Shown: piece after piece, positions 18,320 through 28,509 of the stretch | How positions within the stretch are numbered: position 1 is the first letter of the stretch | Layout of the letters: the number at the start of each line of letters is the position of its first letter | Assembly: GCA_963691875.1 (NCBI GenBank) | Contig: OY829846.1 | Location: 2,624,001-2,688,000 of the forward strand | Source: Aureliella sp. | GTDB lineage: Bacteria; Planctomycetota; Planctomycetia; Pirellulales; Pirellulaceae | Length of the DNA: 64,000 nucleotides | Reading direction: 5' to 3' | Notes under the pieces: model-generated | Databases searched by the model: none | The model's input: only the letters and a program-made list of their open reading frames with translations | Told to the model about the DNA's origin: nothing | Program-made: the position numbers and the translations under genes

Positions 18320-21300
18320 CTAATTGCCTCCTCGGCCCATCGACGCACCGTATTGCGGAGGCAGTGGAGGGAATTGAGCTTGAGGACCGAGAGTAGTATT
18401 CACTGGGACCGCCGCCGAAGCCGGTTGAACTGGATCCGCGTTTCTCGCTGGATTGGAGTTGTTCTGAATCGGAGCCGCATAACCAACTCCTGAAGTATTG
18501 GACTGCTGTGGAGGAAGCGGCAGTGGCGACGACTCACGAATGGACGCTGCACCGTCGGGCTGCTGCGGATTGAACTCTGGCGCCATGCGAACCGGCGGCG
18601 ATATCGTTCCGCGAGGATTGAGGTCAGGGTAGATGACTTCCGCTGGCTCGGCCGAATCTCTTAGGTTAGGGATCGCCATCGAGTACAAATCGGCTGAGCC
18701 ACGAATCTCACCGTGCAAGTCGAAGATGTCCGCTTCACACCAACTCATTCGTGCAAATTCAGCTTGCTTCAAGCGTTCCATGTCGGTCTGCGTACGCACA
18801 ACATGCGGAGTCATGATGATGACCAGTTCGTTGCGGTCCTGATTGAATAAGTCGTAGCGAAACAAATTCCTGAGGATCGGTATTTGCCCAAGGACTGGAA
18901 CGGATCGATGATTCGTGCGAGTGCTGCGAGAAATTAAACCGCCGAGAATGATAGTCTCGCCATCGGCAGCGCTCACCGTAGCTTGGGCTGTAATCGTATC
19001 GACTCGCGGTGAGCGAATCACCGTACCGTCGGAAGCGATCGAAACTGGGATGCCATCAGCCTCCGGCCCTAAACTCGACTTCTCGGCGTCAATCTCCATC
19101 ACCACATTGCCATCGGGACTGATACGCGGCGTGACACCAATGATCAGACCAACATTCTCGAGTTCGACATTATTCTGAGCACCGTTCTGGTTGATGATCG
19201 AATTCACAATCCGCGGAACGCGTTGGCCGACTTGAATGAATGCTTGCTGATTATCAAGCGTTAGCACCTGTGGCCGACTTAGGACTTCCAAGCGTCGGGA
19301 TTCCTGCAAGGCACGCAAGAGAAAGCTGACATTCTCGCTACTTGCACTCAATACCAAGCCGCCGAAGCCAAGCTCACTGTTCGTTCGTCCGACCGAGAAA
19401 TTCGAAACTCCCTGGTTGCCGACTTGTCCTGAAGAAGCAATAGCAGCACTCGAACCACTGTTGCCAAGTCCGCTCGGCGAGTTAAATAAAAAGCCTGGTA
19501 AATTGCTTGCCGCTACGATATCTTCGACAGTTTGCGTGACCACACCGGCCGGAGTCGAAGTGTTCGTCGTCGTGGTACGAGTGACTAGATCGCCAAGCAA
19601 GCTTCGATCAAAGAGCACCGAATTCTGCAGTCCAAGCTCCACACCGAACTCGTCCGTATTTCCGAGCGCGATTTCAGCAATCAGAACTTGAATCATGACT
19701 TGCGGAGGCGGCTGATCCAGCTGCTCGATCAAGTCAAGGATCTCGTCGAAGTAACGCGGCGTCGCGCTGAGAATCAGTTTGTTTTGCACTGCCTCAGGGA
19801 CGACGACGACTTCTTTTTCGATTTGCTCGAAGGGGTTCTCTTGTCCTGGTCCCGCTTGCTCTACCAGTCGTTTACTTCGCAGGAATTCGTTCACCGCAAG
19901 TGCCACATCGACCGCGGGCGAATTTTTGAGTCGATAGACCCTGTTCTTGCGCTGCATCGTATCGCTCTCATCGAGCCGCACAACCAGTGCTTCTACGATT
20001 CTCAGATCGCCGTCCGAACCGATTGCGATAACATTGTTGCCTCGCGCGTCGACCGTAAAACGCAAGGGGAGCAGCGAAGACTCACCGGGCGCTGAGGAAA
20101 GCTGAGGAGAAACATTGGCACCAGTTTGACTTGGAATCAACGCTCGCAGCGTCTCGACCATGGATGCCGCATTTCCATTCAAGACCGGGAAGATCTTGAT
20201 GCTTGCGATTCTCCCAGGAGCATCGATCTGATTAATCAGGTTGGCAATGAGCTCCAGGTTCTCAGGCGCCGTGGAGACGATTAGCGTATTGTTGCGTTCG
20301 TTGACCGTAATGGACGACTGCCCCAGAATCCCGCTAGTAGCCAGTGGTTTTCCGGTCTCGTCAAGCAGTTGCATGCTAGTGCCGGTTCCAGGTGTTGCGA
20401 TGGCTTGTTCCAAAGCCTGCGCGACGTCGGCTGCCAAGCTGTGGCGAATTGGAAACACCTTGGCTTGCTGCATCGACTTGGTCCGCGGGCTATCGATGCT
20501 CTCGAGTAGCCGGCGGATTTGTGCGAGGTCGTTGGTCGAAGAATGCACAATCAGAGAGTTTGTTCGACCGTCAGCCTGTACCGACGGAACAGAGCCGCCG
20601 CGCGATGTGAAGAAGTCCTGAAGTTGTGTCGTCGCTTGCTCGGCAGTGGTATGTTTTAAAGGAATCACCACGAAGCCAGAATCCGGATGGACGGGCATAT
20701 CGAGCTGAGCAATGAGATTCTTGATCAGCGTCATTGACTCCCCCCAGCCGACTAGTAACAGTGCGTTGGGCGATGTGATGGGAGTGACGCTCACGGTGCC
20801 TTGTCGCAGGTTAGTTAGCTCCTGGACTTGCTCTTGAACCACGATACCAATCGCCCTGGCTTGCACATGTTTCAATGGAACGAGTTCAATCTGAGGCTGA
20901 GCCTCACGGCTGGCAGCGTCCAATCGTCGAACGATCTCGGCTAGTTCACCAAGCTGTTTTTCGCGACCGCGAATGATGATCGCATCGATCTCTGGCAGGA
21001 TATCTACATCTACTTCGCCAAACTGCGGCAATGCGAGCTTGGTCTTTTGCTTGAGCGGATTCCCTTCGTCGCTGCTTCCTGGCTGCGGCGTAATCGGGAC
21101 ACCATCCTGCATCGCAACCGGAGTCGGGAAGGACGCTTGGCGGAAAGGTTTGCTCGACTGCGGCGGCCTTGGCCGACTCGAAAATTGAGACAGAGCAACG
21201 CGACCACGTGAGTTGAGCCGCAGGATTTGAACGCCATCGGCAGGATCAACTTTGTCGATCAACTTAGTGAGTCGCTGCAGCTGCCCTGCCAATTTTTCTT

Positions 21301-21610
21301 CGCCAGCAATGATGACGCCGCCATTGTCAGCAAACTGTATGTCTGCCGAAGCTCCCGCAACTTGAACGCGGAGCCGTCTTGGATCGGGCTGACTGAGGGC
21401 TCCTGGACTGGAGAATACGTTCCGCATACCGTTGAATAGAGAAACGTACTGGGATTCCGCCAGCGACACACTGTACAAGCGTGTGTTCTGCGACTTTACT
21501 TCCTCTTGCTGCCCGAGTGTTGGCAGCTGTGCTTGCGCTTGCAAGTTCATGGAACCGATCGCGCACAGCAGTGTGAGGAGAAAGCGACAACATCCCAGGT
21601 ATCTTGGCAT
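18320..21610 (-). CDS. gspD: Secretin GspD with about 7 N-terminal N domains
   Basis: Probable start MPRYLG at 21610. Secretin domain: PPQVMIQVLIAEI, LSRPQVLTLDNQQAFIQVGQRVP, VTPRI, DGETIILGGLI, VPVLGQIPILRNLFR, ELVIIMTPHVV. Confidence 0.92.
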   Translation of the reverse strand: MPRYLGCCRFLLTLLCAIGSMNLQAQAQLPTLGQQEEVKSQNTRLYSVSLAESQYVSLFNGMRNVFSSPGALSQPDPRRLRVQVAGASADIQFADNGGVIIAGEEKLAGQLQRLTKLIDKVDPADGVQILRLNSRGRVALSQFSSRPRPPQSSKPFRQASFPTPVAMQDGVPITPQPGSSDEGNPLKQKTKLALPQFGEVDVDILPEIDAIIIRGREKQLGELAEIVRRLDAASREAQPQIELVPLKHVQARAIGIVVQEQVQELTNLRQGTVSVTPITSPNALLLVGWGESMTLIKNLIAQLDMPVHPDSGFVVIPLKHTTAEQATTQLQDFFTSRGGSVPSVQADGRTNSLIVHSSTNDLAQIRRLLESIDSPRTKSMQQAKVFPIRHSLAADVAQALEQAIATPGTGTSMQLLDETGKPLATSGILGQSSITVNERNNTLIVSTAPENLELIANLINQIDAPGRIASIKIFPVLNGNAASMVETLRALIPSQTGANVSPQLSSAPGESSLLPLRFTVDARGNNVIAIGSDGDLRIVEALVVRLDESDTMQRKNRVYRLKNSPAVDVALAVNEFLRSKRLVEQAGPGQENPFEQIEKEVVVVPEAVQNKLILSATPRYFDEILDLIEQLDQPPPQVMIQVLIAEIALGNTDEFGVELGLQNSVLFDRSLLGDLVTRTTTTNTSTPAGVVTQTVEDIVAASNLPGFLFNSPSGLGNSGSSAAIASSGQVGNQGVSNFSVGRTNSELGFGGLVLSASSENVSFLLRALQESRRLEVLSRPQVLTLDNQQAFIQVGQRVPRIVNSIINQNGAQNNVELENVGLIIGVTPRISPDGNVVMEIDAEKSSLGPEADGIPVSIASDGTVIRSPRVDTITAQATVSAADGETIILGGLISRSTRTNHRSVPVLGQIPILRNLFRYDLFNQDRNELVIIMTPHVVRTQTDMERLKQAEFARMSWCEADIFDLHGEIRGSADLYSMAIPNLRDSAEPAEVIYPDLNPRGTISPPVRMAPEFNPQQPDGAASIRESSPLPLPPQQSNTSGVGYAAPIQNNSNPARNADPVQPASAAVPVNTTLGPQAQFPPLPPQYGASMGRGGN

Positions 21611-21910
21611 TTCGACTCCGCCCAGCACGGACGCACTGCGAAAGAAGCTCGCTATCACGCGCATGCAACAAAGGCAACTAATAATCAGCTCACAACAGAG
21701 AGCCAGCGGGATGTTAGGAAGCCGAGCAATTCACCGTCAAGCGAATTTCAATGCTGGCATTGGTCGTCCGACGCCCCACGAGACGACAATCAGCCCATGT
21801 AGGTCGAGGATGCGTAAGCCCAAACGACCGCATCGTCACCTTGCAGCGAGACACGCTACGATCGGCGACTTTGTTCGGACCACAGGCAAAATACCCAAGC
21901 CAATTTAAGA

Positions 21911-23329
21911 CTAAGCTAGCAATTCCTTGACGACTTTGCCGTGGACGTCGGTCAGACGATAGTCGCGGCCGCTGTAGCGATAAGTCAGCTTCTCGTGGTC
22001 TAATCCCATTTGGTGCAAAATCGTCGCGTGAAGATCGTGCACATGCACTCGGTTCTCGACAGCAGACAAACCAAATTCGTCTGTCGCCCCGTAGCTAATG
22101 CCGCCTTTGATACCGCCGCCAGCCATCCAAACCGTAAATCCATAGTGGTCGTGGTCACGGCCTTTCTGGCCTTCCGATGTTGGCGCTCGACCAAATTCAC
22201 CGCCCCAGATCACGAGAGTCTCGTCCAACATCCCACGCTGTTTCAAGTCTTTCAAAAGAGCTGCGATACCTTGATCGCAGGCGTCTGCTAATCGGCGGTG
22301 GCCGCCTGGGATATCGCCGTGGCCCGTATCCCAAGCGATATCGTAACCGTCGATCGAAAGCGAGATTTGCACCATCCGGACGCCGCGTTCAACCAATCGC
22401 CGAGCCAACAAACAACCTTTCGCATATTCAGTACCGCCATACAAGTCAAGTGTAGACTGGGTTTCCTGATTTGTATCGAACGCATCCGGAACGGCGAATT
22501 GCATCCGGAAAGCCATCTCCATCGACTGAATGCTTGCTTCCAATTGCCGATCGTGTTGCTGCCGCTGCAGATCGATTTGATTGAGCCGAGTCAGCAAGTC
22601 TGCTTGGCGCCGCTGGTCGGCTCGGGGTAGCCACTCATTCTTCAAATCCTCCACGATCCGATCTGGCTTCATGTCGTGGATATTTACATAAGTCCCCGTG
22701 TAGGCTCCTGGTAGAAAGGCGTTGCTCCAGTTCGCGAGTTTGTTGCGAGGTTGAGCTCGGGGGCTCATCGCAACGAATCCCGGCAAGTCTTGGTTTTCGG
22801 TCCCTAGTCCATAAACCAACCATGATCCCATGCTGGGGCGACTAGGCTGTAAGTGCCCAGCGTTCATCATCATCATGGCTCCAGCGTGTTCCGGAATGTC
22901 CGTGTGCATCGAGTGGATGAAGCAGATGTCGTCGACCATCTCGCCGACTTTCGGGAACAGATCGCTACACCACTTACCACATTGCCCGTACTGCCGAAAC
23001 GAAAACGGCGAAGGCATCAAGCCATTCTTAGTGTTGCGTAATGATTTACGATCGACGATCTCTGGACGCTGGCCCGCACATTTAGCTATGGCAGGCTTGT
23101 AGTCGAAGGTGTCGACCTGTGACGGGCCGCCGGGCATGAAGAGCTGAATGACGTGCTTGGCTTTGGGCGCAAAATGCGAAAGCTTGGGCGACAGGGGTGA
23201 AGCCGATACGTCCACTGCCGATGCTGAGCTATCTAGAACTCCGGCTAAACCGAGCGTTCCGAAGCCCGCGCCCAGCTGCCGAAGTGCATCGCGTCGAGTC
23301 AGCGTTGGCAATGGATTGCGATGAAACAT
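21911..23329 (-). CDS. DUF1501 family protein (Tat-exported, sulfatase-like fold)
   Basis: TRRDALRQLGAGFG Tat-like signal, AKHVIQLFMPGGPSQVDTFDYKP, CLLARRLVERGVR, GEFGRAP, GRDH, HDLHATILH. Confidence 0.92.
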   Translation of the reverse strand: MFHRNPLPTLTRRDALRQLGAGFGTLGLAGVLDSSASAVDVSASPLSPKLSHFAPKAKHVIQLFMPGGPSQVDTFDYKPAIAKCAGQRPEIVDRKSLRNTKNGLMPSPFSFRQYGQCGKWCSDLFPKVGEMVDDICFIHSMHTDIPEHAGAMMMMNAGHLQPSRPSMGSWLVYGLGTENQDLPGFVAMSPRAQPRNKLANWSNAFLPGAYTGTYVNIHDMKPDRIVEDLKNEWLPRADQRRQADLLTRLNQIDLQRQQHDRQLEASIQSMEMAFRMQFAVPDAFDTNQETQSTLDLYGGTEYAKGCLLARRLVERGVRMVQISLSIDGYDIAWDTGHGDIPGGHRRLADACDQGIAALLKDLKQRGMLDETLVIWGGEFGRAPTSEGQKGRDHDHYGFTVWMAGGGIKGGISYGATDEFGLSAVENRVHVHDLHATILHQMGLDHEKLTYRYSGRDYRLTDVHGKVVKELLA

Positions 23330-23331
23330 GG

Positions 23332-25710
23332 CTACCTCACAAACATAAACTCGTTGGAACTTAACATGACTTGAGCGTATCGCTGCCAAGGGGTTAACGG
23401 ACCGTTCTCACCCTCTGCTGAATGCGTCAGGAACTCCAACCCTAGCTTCTTTTCCGCACCTGAGGGAAGACGTCCATAAAGCAACGAATACATACGTTCG
23501 ATCCGCGCAATCTCGCCCTTAACCTCTTCAATGCGGCAGACCAATGCTTTCGCTCGGTCGATCATGAAGCGACTGTTGAGTAAAAATAAGTATTGCTGAG
23601 GCACGATGCTTTTCGGGCGCTGAGCTACCGTGGCTCGCATCAGTGGAAAATCAAATCGCCGCAGAAAACTGTCTGTCTGATACACATCGCCATTGCGACT
23701 GACCTTTGCATACAAAGTTCGGCGTTTGGCTGAGACTATGTCGGCGAAAGGCGGCCCCCCCGGACTGACTTCGAGCTCTCCCGTCACGGAAAGCAGCGAA
23801 TCTCGCCAAGCCTCGACATCCATCCGCCGAGGGCTCATTCGCCACAACAATCGGTTGCCTCCGTCCACTCGAAAGTTCCCATCATGATGCAGGCTACTTC
23901 GCTGATAGGCATTCGACGTCATGATCGTTCGGTGCAGCTCTTTAAGCGACCAACCTTGGACGACAAATTGATCGGCCAAGTAGTCGAGTAGTTTTGGATG
24001 GGTTGGTTTTTCCCCAAGCACACCAAAGTTGCTAGGCGTGCGGACCAGGCCTTCACCAAAGTGATGCATCCAGATACGATTGACGAAAACGCGGACAGTC
24101 AAAGGATTGGCGGGGTCAATAATGGCTTCGGCCAAAGCTTTACGTCCGCTACCTTCAGTGAGAGGCCAATTTTCGCCCGAAGTTAGAATTCTCAAGAAAC
24201 GCCGTGGCGCCAAGTCACCCGTTTTTCGCAAGTTGCCGCGAATGGCGACTTTCATATCGCCACTTCCACCCTCGCGCAACGTATGAGCGATTTCGTAACC
24301 TGGCGGCGGATCTGCCCGAAGCGATTCGAGCCGAGTGCGAGCGACGTCGAGCTCCGCGTACTCATCTGTCGTTAGCTCTGATTCCTTGTTATTGAGCTTC
24401 TTTTCCAAACCCTTTCGACGTTTATCCAATTCGCCAACCTCGCGCTTGTGCGATTCGAAAGTTTGAACCACATTGGGATCAGCCAGCGGCATATCATGGA
24501 TGGCCGTGTTATTAAAGACTCCAGCTAGCGAATAGTAGTCCTGCTGCGGCACCGGATCAAACTTGTGGTCATGGCAGCGAGCACATGAACCGGTAATGCC
24601 AAGCAATCCGCGAGTGAGCGTATCGATGCGATCGTCGAGCGTCTCGCCTTTTGCTTGAGCCACACTATCTGGGTCGCCCCCGTCAGAACGGTATGTCGGC
24701 CCCAGAGCAAAGAAGCCAGTGGCGATTCCAGGATATTCGAGCTCCAAATCTTGTTCCAAGTCGCCTGCGATCTGAAATTGCAAAAAGCGATTGATCGGCA
24801 TGTTGTCGTTGAGTGCTTGGACAACCCAATCACGAAAACGCCATGCTTGTGGCAAAGCTGTGTTATCGAGAAAACCACCTTGACCATCACTGTACCTCGC
24901 TACATCAAGCCAATGCCGGGCCCAGCGTTGACCGTACAGCGGCGAGGATAGTAACTCCTCGATTAAATCTTGAATCGCCCGGTTCGAGTCCTTGGCTGAC
25001 TGTTTCTCAAATGCGGCGATTTGCGTCGGCGTTGGCGGAATGCCGATCAAGTCCAGGTAGACGCGGCGGACCAAGATTCGGGGCTCCGCGGGCGGCATGG
25101 CAGACAAACCTGCTTCGGCCAACTTATGATCGATAAAATAGTCAATTGCATTCCGGTTCGGTGCCAACTCAGGCAGCTCGGCTCTCCGCACAGGCTGCCA
25201 CGCCCAGTGTTCCTTTTGGGCGGCACGCCAATCAAACTTTTGCCAGTCGACCTTACTCGGCAACATGGTTCCATCCGAAGTAGTCACGCGAGGCCAGGGG
25301 GCTCCCAATTCAACCCAACGCCTGAGAACTTCTACTTGATCCGGTTTCAACTTCCCGTCCGGAGGCATCTCCAACGACTCCCAACGCACCGACTCCAGCA
25401 GCAAGCTGTGCTCGGGATCTTCTAAATCAACGGCTGCACCAGAATCACCGCCCTTGAGTAAGCCCTCGCGACTATCAACGTATAAGCCGCCTTTCAGTTC
25501 TGGCGCATCGGTACTGTGGCATTCGTAGCAATGTTTGATCAGCAGCGGTCGAATATGCTCTTCAAAGTACTCGATCTGCTCTGCAGGGAATTGCTTGCCC
25601 TCTTGCGACGATGCTGTGCGACAAACCAAGAAAACTGGGAGCAGAAATACAGCCCCAAGAATAGAGCCAAGCGTTCTTCTAATCAGTATATGTGTACAGC
25701 ACAACAACAT
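23332..25710 (-). CDS. PSD1/planctomycete cytochrome c domain protein (PSCyt1 + DUF1549 + DUF1553)
   Basis: FEEHIRPLLIKHCYECH, HWAWQP, YGQRWARHWLDVARYSD, CARCHDHKFDP, NPLTVRVFVNRIW, PTHPKLLDYLA, SSNEFMFV; the usual partner of DUF1501. Confidence 0.92.
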   Translation of the reverse strand: MLLCCTHILIRRTLGSILGAVFLLPVFLVCRTASSQEGKQFPAEQIEYFEEHIRPLLIKHCYECHSTDAPELKGGLYVDSREGLLKGGDSGAAVDLEDPEHSLLLESVRWESLEMPPDGKLKPDQVEVLRRWVELGAPWPRVTTSDGTMLPSKVDWQKFDWRAAQKEHWAWQPVRRAELPELAPNRNAIDYFIDHKLAEAGLSAMPPAEPRILVRRVYLDLIGIPPTPTQIAAFEKQSAKDSNRAIQDLIEELLSSPLYGQRWARHWLDVARYSDGQGGFLDNTALPQAWRFRDWVVQALNDNMPINRFLQFQIAGDLEQDLELEYPGIATGFFALGPTYRSDGGDPDSVAQAKGETLDDRIDTLTRGLLGITGSCARCHDHKFDPVPQQDYYSLAGVFNNTAIHDMPLADPNVVQTFESHKREVGELDKRRKGLEKKLNNKESELTTDEYAELDVARTRLESLRADPPPGYEIAHTLREGGSGDMKVAIRGNLRKTGDLAPRRFLRILTSGENWPLTEGSGRKALAEAIIDPANPLTVRVFVNRIWMHHFGEGLVRTPSNFGVLGEKPTHPKLLDYLADQFVVQGWSLKELHRTIMTSNAYQRSSLHHDGNFRVDGGNRLLWRMSPRRMDVEAWRDSLLSVTGELEVSPGGPPFADIVSAKRRTLYAKVSRNGDVYQTDSFLRRFDFPLMRATVAQRPKSIVPQQYLFLLNSRFMIDRAKALVCRIEEVKGEIARIERMYSLLYGRLPSGAEKKLGLEFLTHSAEGENGPLTPWQRYAQVMLSSNEFMFVR

Positions 25711-25881
25711 GTGTCATCGAGTCGTGGGGAACGACCTTGGTAGACGAGGAAGAGGGAAGGTGGGTGGACAAGTTGCTTGGGCATGGTGGCCTGAGCTGTT
25801 ATTCTATTGTATCACAAGTGGTACAAGGTGATTTGTAATGCGCATTGATTCGGGAATTATTGATGACCGTGCGTATCTAGT

Positions 25882-25933
25882 AACCCGACGCATAAGCGAG
25901 GGAACTGGAGATCACTCGCTGACGCAGCGGGTG
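25882..25933. repeat. REP-like intergenic palindrome
   Basis: AACCCGACGCATAAGCGAG-GGAACTGGAGATCA-CTCGCTGACGCAGCGGGT; same family as 7789. Confidence 0.65.
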
Positions 25934-26004
25934 ACCAATGTAAGCGCCAAAATGGGGGCTTTGCCACTTCAAGCACTATCGACCGCCATGGATGTCGTGC
26001 TTGT

Positions 26005-26505
26005 TCAGACTTCGCCGAGCCTCAAACGCTTTCGCCAAGCTCTCGGAATCGTCGGGTGATCGCCGTACAAACGCTTGATGAAATGCCGCCCCTTCCAGTC
26101 GGGACAATGTGCCTGCCAGCCCCAACGCTCCATTAGACGATCACTGATGCGTGTATTCATTACGTTACAGACAATTGCATTGCTGTCCTTTAGGCGAGCA
26201 ATTTCATCGAGCACCAAAGTTGCTGCATAGAGCGTGCCGAGCGAAGTTTGCGGTCCGCTATGCACAAAGTCCAAGGTGAGATACTTCGACGATCCCCAAG
26301 GCACGTGGTAAAAAATTTCACATCGGTCACTGATGAGCGTACGCCGCCACTTCCGCCAGTAAACCTCCATCAAGCTTCCTGTATGAGACCACCAACGTCC
26401 GTGGACAGCGCTGAGCCTGCTTTCATTGACAACAATGCGACCACATCGTCGTGCGCGTAGAAGTTCACCTTGGGAAGCGGGCTCGGTCAGGACGGGTAGC
26501 CCCAA
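26005..26505 (-). CDS. Hypothetical protein
   Basis: Probable TTG start near 26505, just after the peptidase stop. Protein-like C-terminus LDEIARLKDSNAIVCNVMNTRISDRLMERWGW...FIKRLYG. Start uncertain. Confidence 0.6.
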   Translation of the reverse strand: MGLPVLTEPASQGELLRARRCGRIVVNESRLSAVHGRWWSHTGSLMEVYWRKWRRTLISDRCEIFYHVPWGSSKYLTLDFVHSGPQTSLGTLYAATLVLDEIARLKDSNAIVCNVMNTRISDRLMERWGWQAHCPDWKGRHFIKRLYGDHPTIPRAWRKRLRLGEV

Positions 26506-26519
26506 TTCGGCAACACAGT

Positions 26520-27770
26520 TTAGTGAGCGAAGCCGAGTGCCTGTTTGATCAATCGCCAAATCCACAGCATAACTCCCATCAAGGCAACGCAAGCAGCAAC
26601 GATCCCGACAATCATATCCGGGCCGATGACGAATAGTGGCGCTGCCCAACCAAACCAAATCTCATTCCAAAACACGAGTACCGCGACTGTCGCGGCACAC
26701 AAGTATGGCCCGTATGGCGTCAGTGGATCTCCCGTGATTGCCCAACGTACAAGCACAAACAGAATTGCAATCAAAGGCGCCATGAAGAACACCAGCAAGC
26801 TCGGCTGCCAGCCGATGTAAGTTCCGATCATCGCCATCAATGTCACATCCCCGAACCCGAGAGCTTCGACCCCAAGTCCCACAGAAGCAGATATGCGCAC
26901 CCCCCAAGTGATACCTGCCGCAAAAGCCATACCGAGAAGGCTACTCAACAGGTAAGTCCAGCGTCCAGGGTTGTCATTGCAGTAAACGTAGACGGTGACA
27001 CCCATCATGAGCAACATCGACACCAACACTGTGAGCCAGATGCTCTTGCGTCGGAACAGCTTGGCGAAGAAATATTCAAAGGCTTTCTTGTAACCGCGTC
27101 GTGTGATCCAACGGCGCTCAAGCAAGGCGAAGCCCCAGAGCGATAAGATTCCAAGACCAATCCATAGCCCTGCTATGCCATTAAATATTGGCGGCCAGAC
27201 AACCGGCAATGCCGCGTCCAGTTCAAGTGCACCTGGCGGAGGTAGAACGGGAGAAAATGGTAACCAAGCGTCAGCGAAAGCAGCTCCCATTACCCCGATA
27301 ATTGCACCTGGAATCGTTACGTAGTCTGGAATCGAATGTTCATCGAAATCGATAAACGTGGCAATCGTCATTAACACGAACAGGATGAAGTGCCCAGAGA
27401 ACTGCCATTGCAGTTGCTGCGTCCTGGCAGCATCGGGAAAGCCTGGGAGCGTTTGATATACGGCTGGAAACATCCAACCTGCTGTATAGGCACAGTAATA
27501 GCCGGTAACCAGAAGCGGAAACACTGCCTCGATGAGCAGCGGCCTGATCCAAAATCCCTTTGTGTGTACATCCGACTTGCCGAATTCACGACGCAGCAGA
27601 AACCAGCCCACGACGGGTAGATGATCCTGCCAATTCCGTTGGCAGCCTTCGGGAGCTGGCGCCCACGGCCCAAGCTTGCGAGCAAAATAGGCCCAAGTGT
27701 AGACGCCCCAGTTAATGAAGCGGGCAGCAACGACGGCAATCAGAAAGACGAGTGTAGCGCCAGTCGCCAT
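26520..27770 (-). CDS. Prepilin peptidase (A24 family, GspO/PilD-like)
   Basis: Polytopic membrane protein with both catalytic Asp motifs, IDFDEHSIPD and LGFGDVTLMAMIG, and C-terminal PYGPYL. Confidence 0.88.
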   Translation of the reverse strand: MATGATLVFLIAVVAARFINWGVYTWAYFARKLGPWAPAPEGCQRNWQDHLPVVGWFLLRREFGKSDVHTKGFWIRPLLIEAVFPLLVTGYYCAYTAGWMFPAVYQTLPGFPDAARTQQLQWQFSGHFILFVLMTIATFIDFDEHSIPDYVTIPGAIIGVMGAAFADAWLPFSPVLPPPGALELDAALPVVWPPIFNGIAGLWIGLGILSLWGFALLERRWITRRGYKKAFEYFFAKLFRRKSIWLTVLVSMLLMMGVTVYVYCNDNPGRWTYLLSSLLGMAFAAGITWGVRISASVGLGVEALGFGDVTLMAMIGTYIGWQPSLLVFFMAPLIAILFVLVRWAITGDPLTPYGPYLCAATVAVLVFWNEIWFGWAAPLFVIGPDMIVGIVAACVALMGVMLWIWRLIKQALGFAH

Positions 27771-27819
27771 CGAGCGGACCTGAAAGAAAAGTGATTACGA
27801 AAGATTTTGGTGCGAGAGG

Positions 27820-28350
27820 CTAATTTGCCTGAGTTTTCAGCCAATGAACAATCTCACTCACTAATTCATCGGGCGCCTTTTCGTCGGTATCAACAGCCAA
27901 ATCCGCCAAGTCAGCGTAAAATGGCTCGCGAGTTTTTAACATTTCGACAACTTCCTCAAAACCGCCACGATCGGACAAATCCGGACGGCTTGTCAAACTG
28001 CTCGGATCCCCTGAAATTCGAGCAAAAAGGCTGTCCGCGCTACCACGCAGCCAAACACATTTTCCGTGGCGGCGAATCAGCTCCCGATTGGCTTCACGCA
28101 GAATAGCTCCACCACCAAGTGAAACGATTGCAGCCGTTTCGCTTTCAGATGCTTCCTTGACTGCGGCTTCCTCCAAGTCGCGAAACCCGGCCTCACCATC
28201 CTGTTCGAAAATCAGTTTGATTTCTCTTCCCGCCGACGCCTCAATCTGCTTGTCGGTGTCTATCAACGCGCGCTGGAGGGCATCCGACAAGCCACGCCCA
28301 ACAGTCGATTTCCCGCTGCCTCTGTAACCGATGAGAAAGAGATGCTGCAT
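27820..28350 (-). CDS. aroK: Shikimate kinase
   Basis: LIGYRGSGKSTVG, DTD, GEAGFRDLE, SLGGG, RP lid motif, REPFY. Confidence 0.95.
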   Translation of the reverse strand: MQHLFLIGYRGSGKSTVGRGLSDALQRALIDTDKQIEASAGREIKLIFEQDGEAGFRDLEEAAVKEASESETAAIVSLGGGAILREANRELIRRHGKCVWLRGSADSLFARISGDPSSLTSRPDLSDRGGFEEVVEMLKTREPFYADLADLAVDTDEKAPDELVSEIVHWLKTQAN

Positions 28351-28408
28351 TGTTCAAATAAGTTTGAGATTTGTAGAAACTCGCCCAAACGGATAGGTCA
28401 GATCGTTA

Positions 28409-28455
28409 GATTCGCCAGAATTCCGAAGACTATCCGCGGAACTCTGGCTCGAATA
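28409..28455. repeat. Degenerate REP-like hairpin (second family)
   Basis: GATTCGCCAGAATTCC...GGAACTCTGGCTCGAAT inverted repeat; a half-copy CTGGATTCGCCAGAAGTCC is at 29991-30009. Confidence 0.5.
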
Positions 28456-28509
28456 CGGCGTGCAGCGTTGTTCTGGTAACCCCACAGAGTTACCCCACTA
28501 CAGTTGGAG

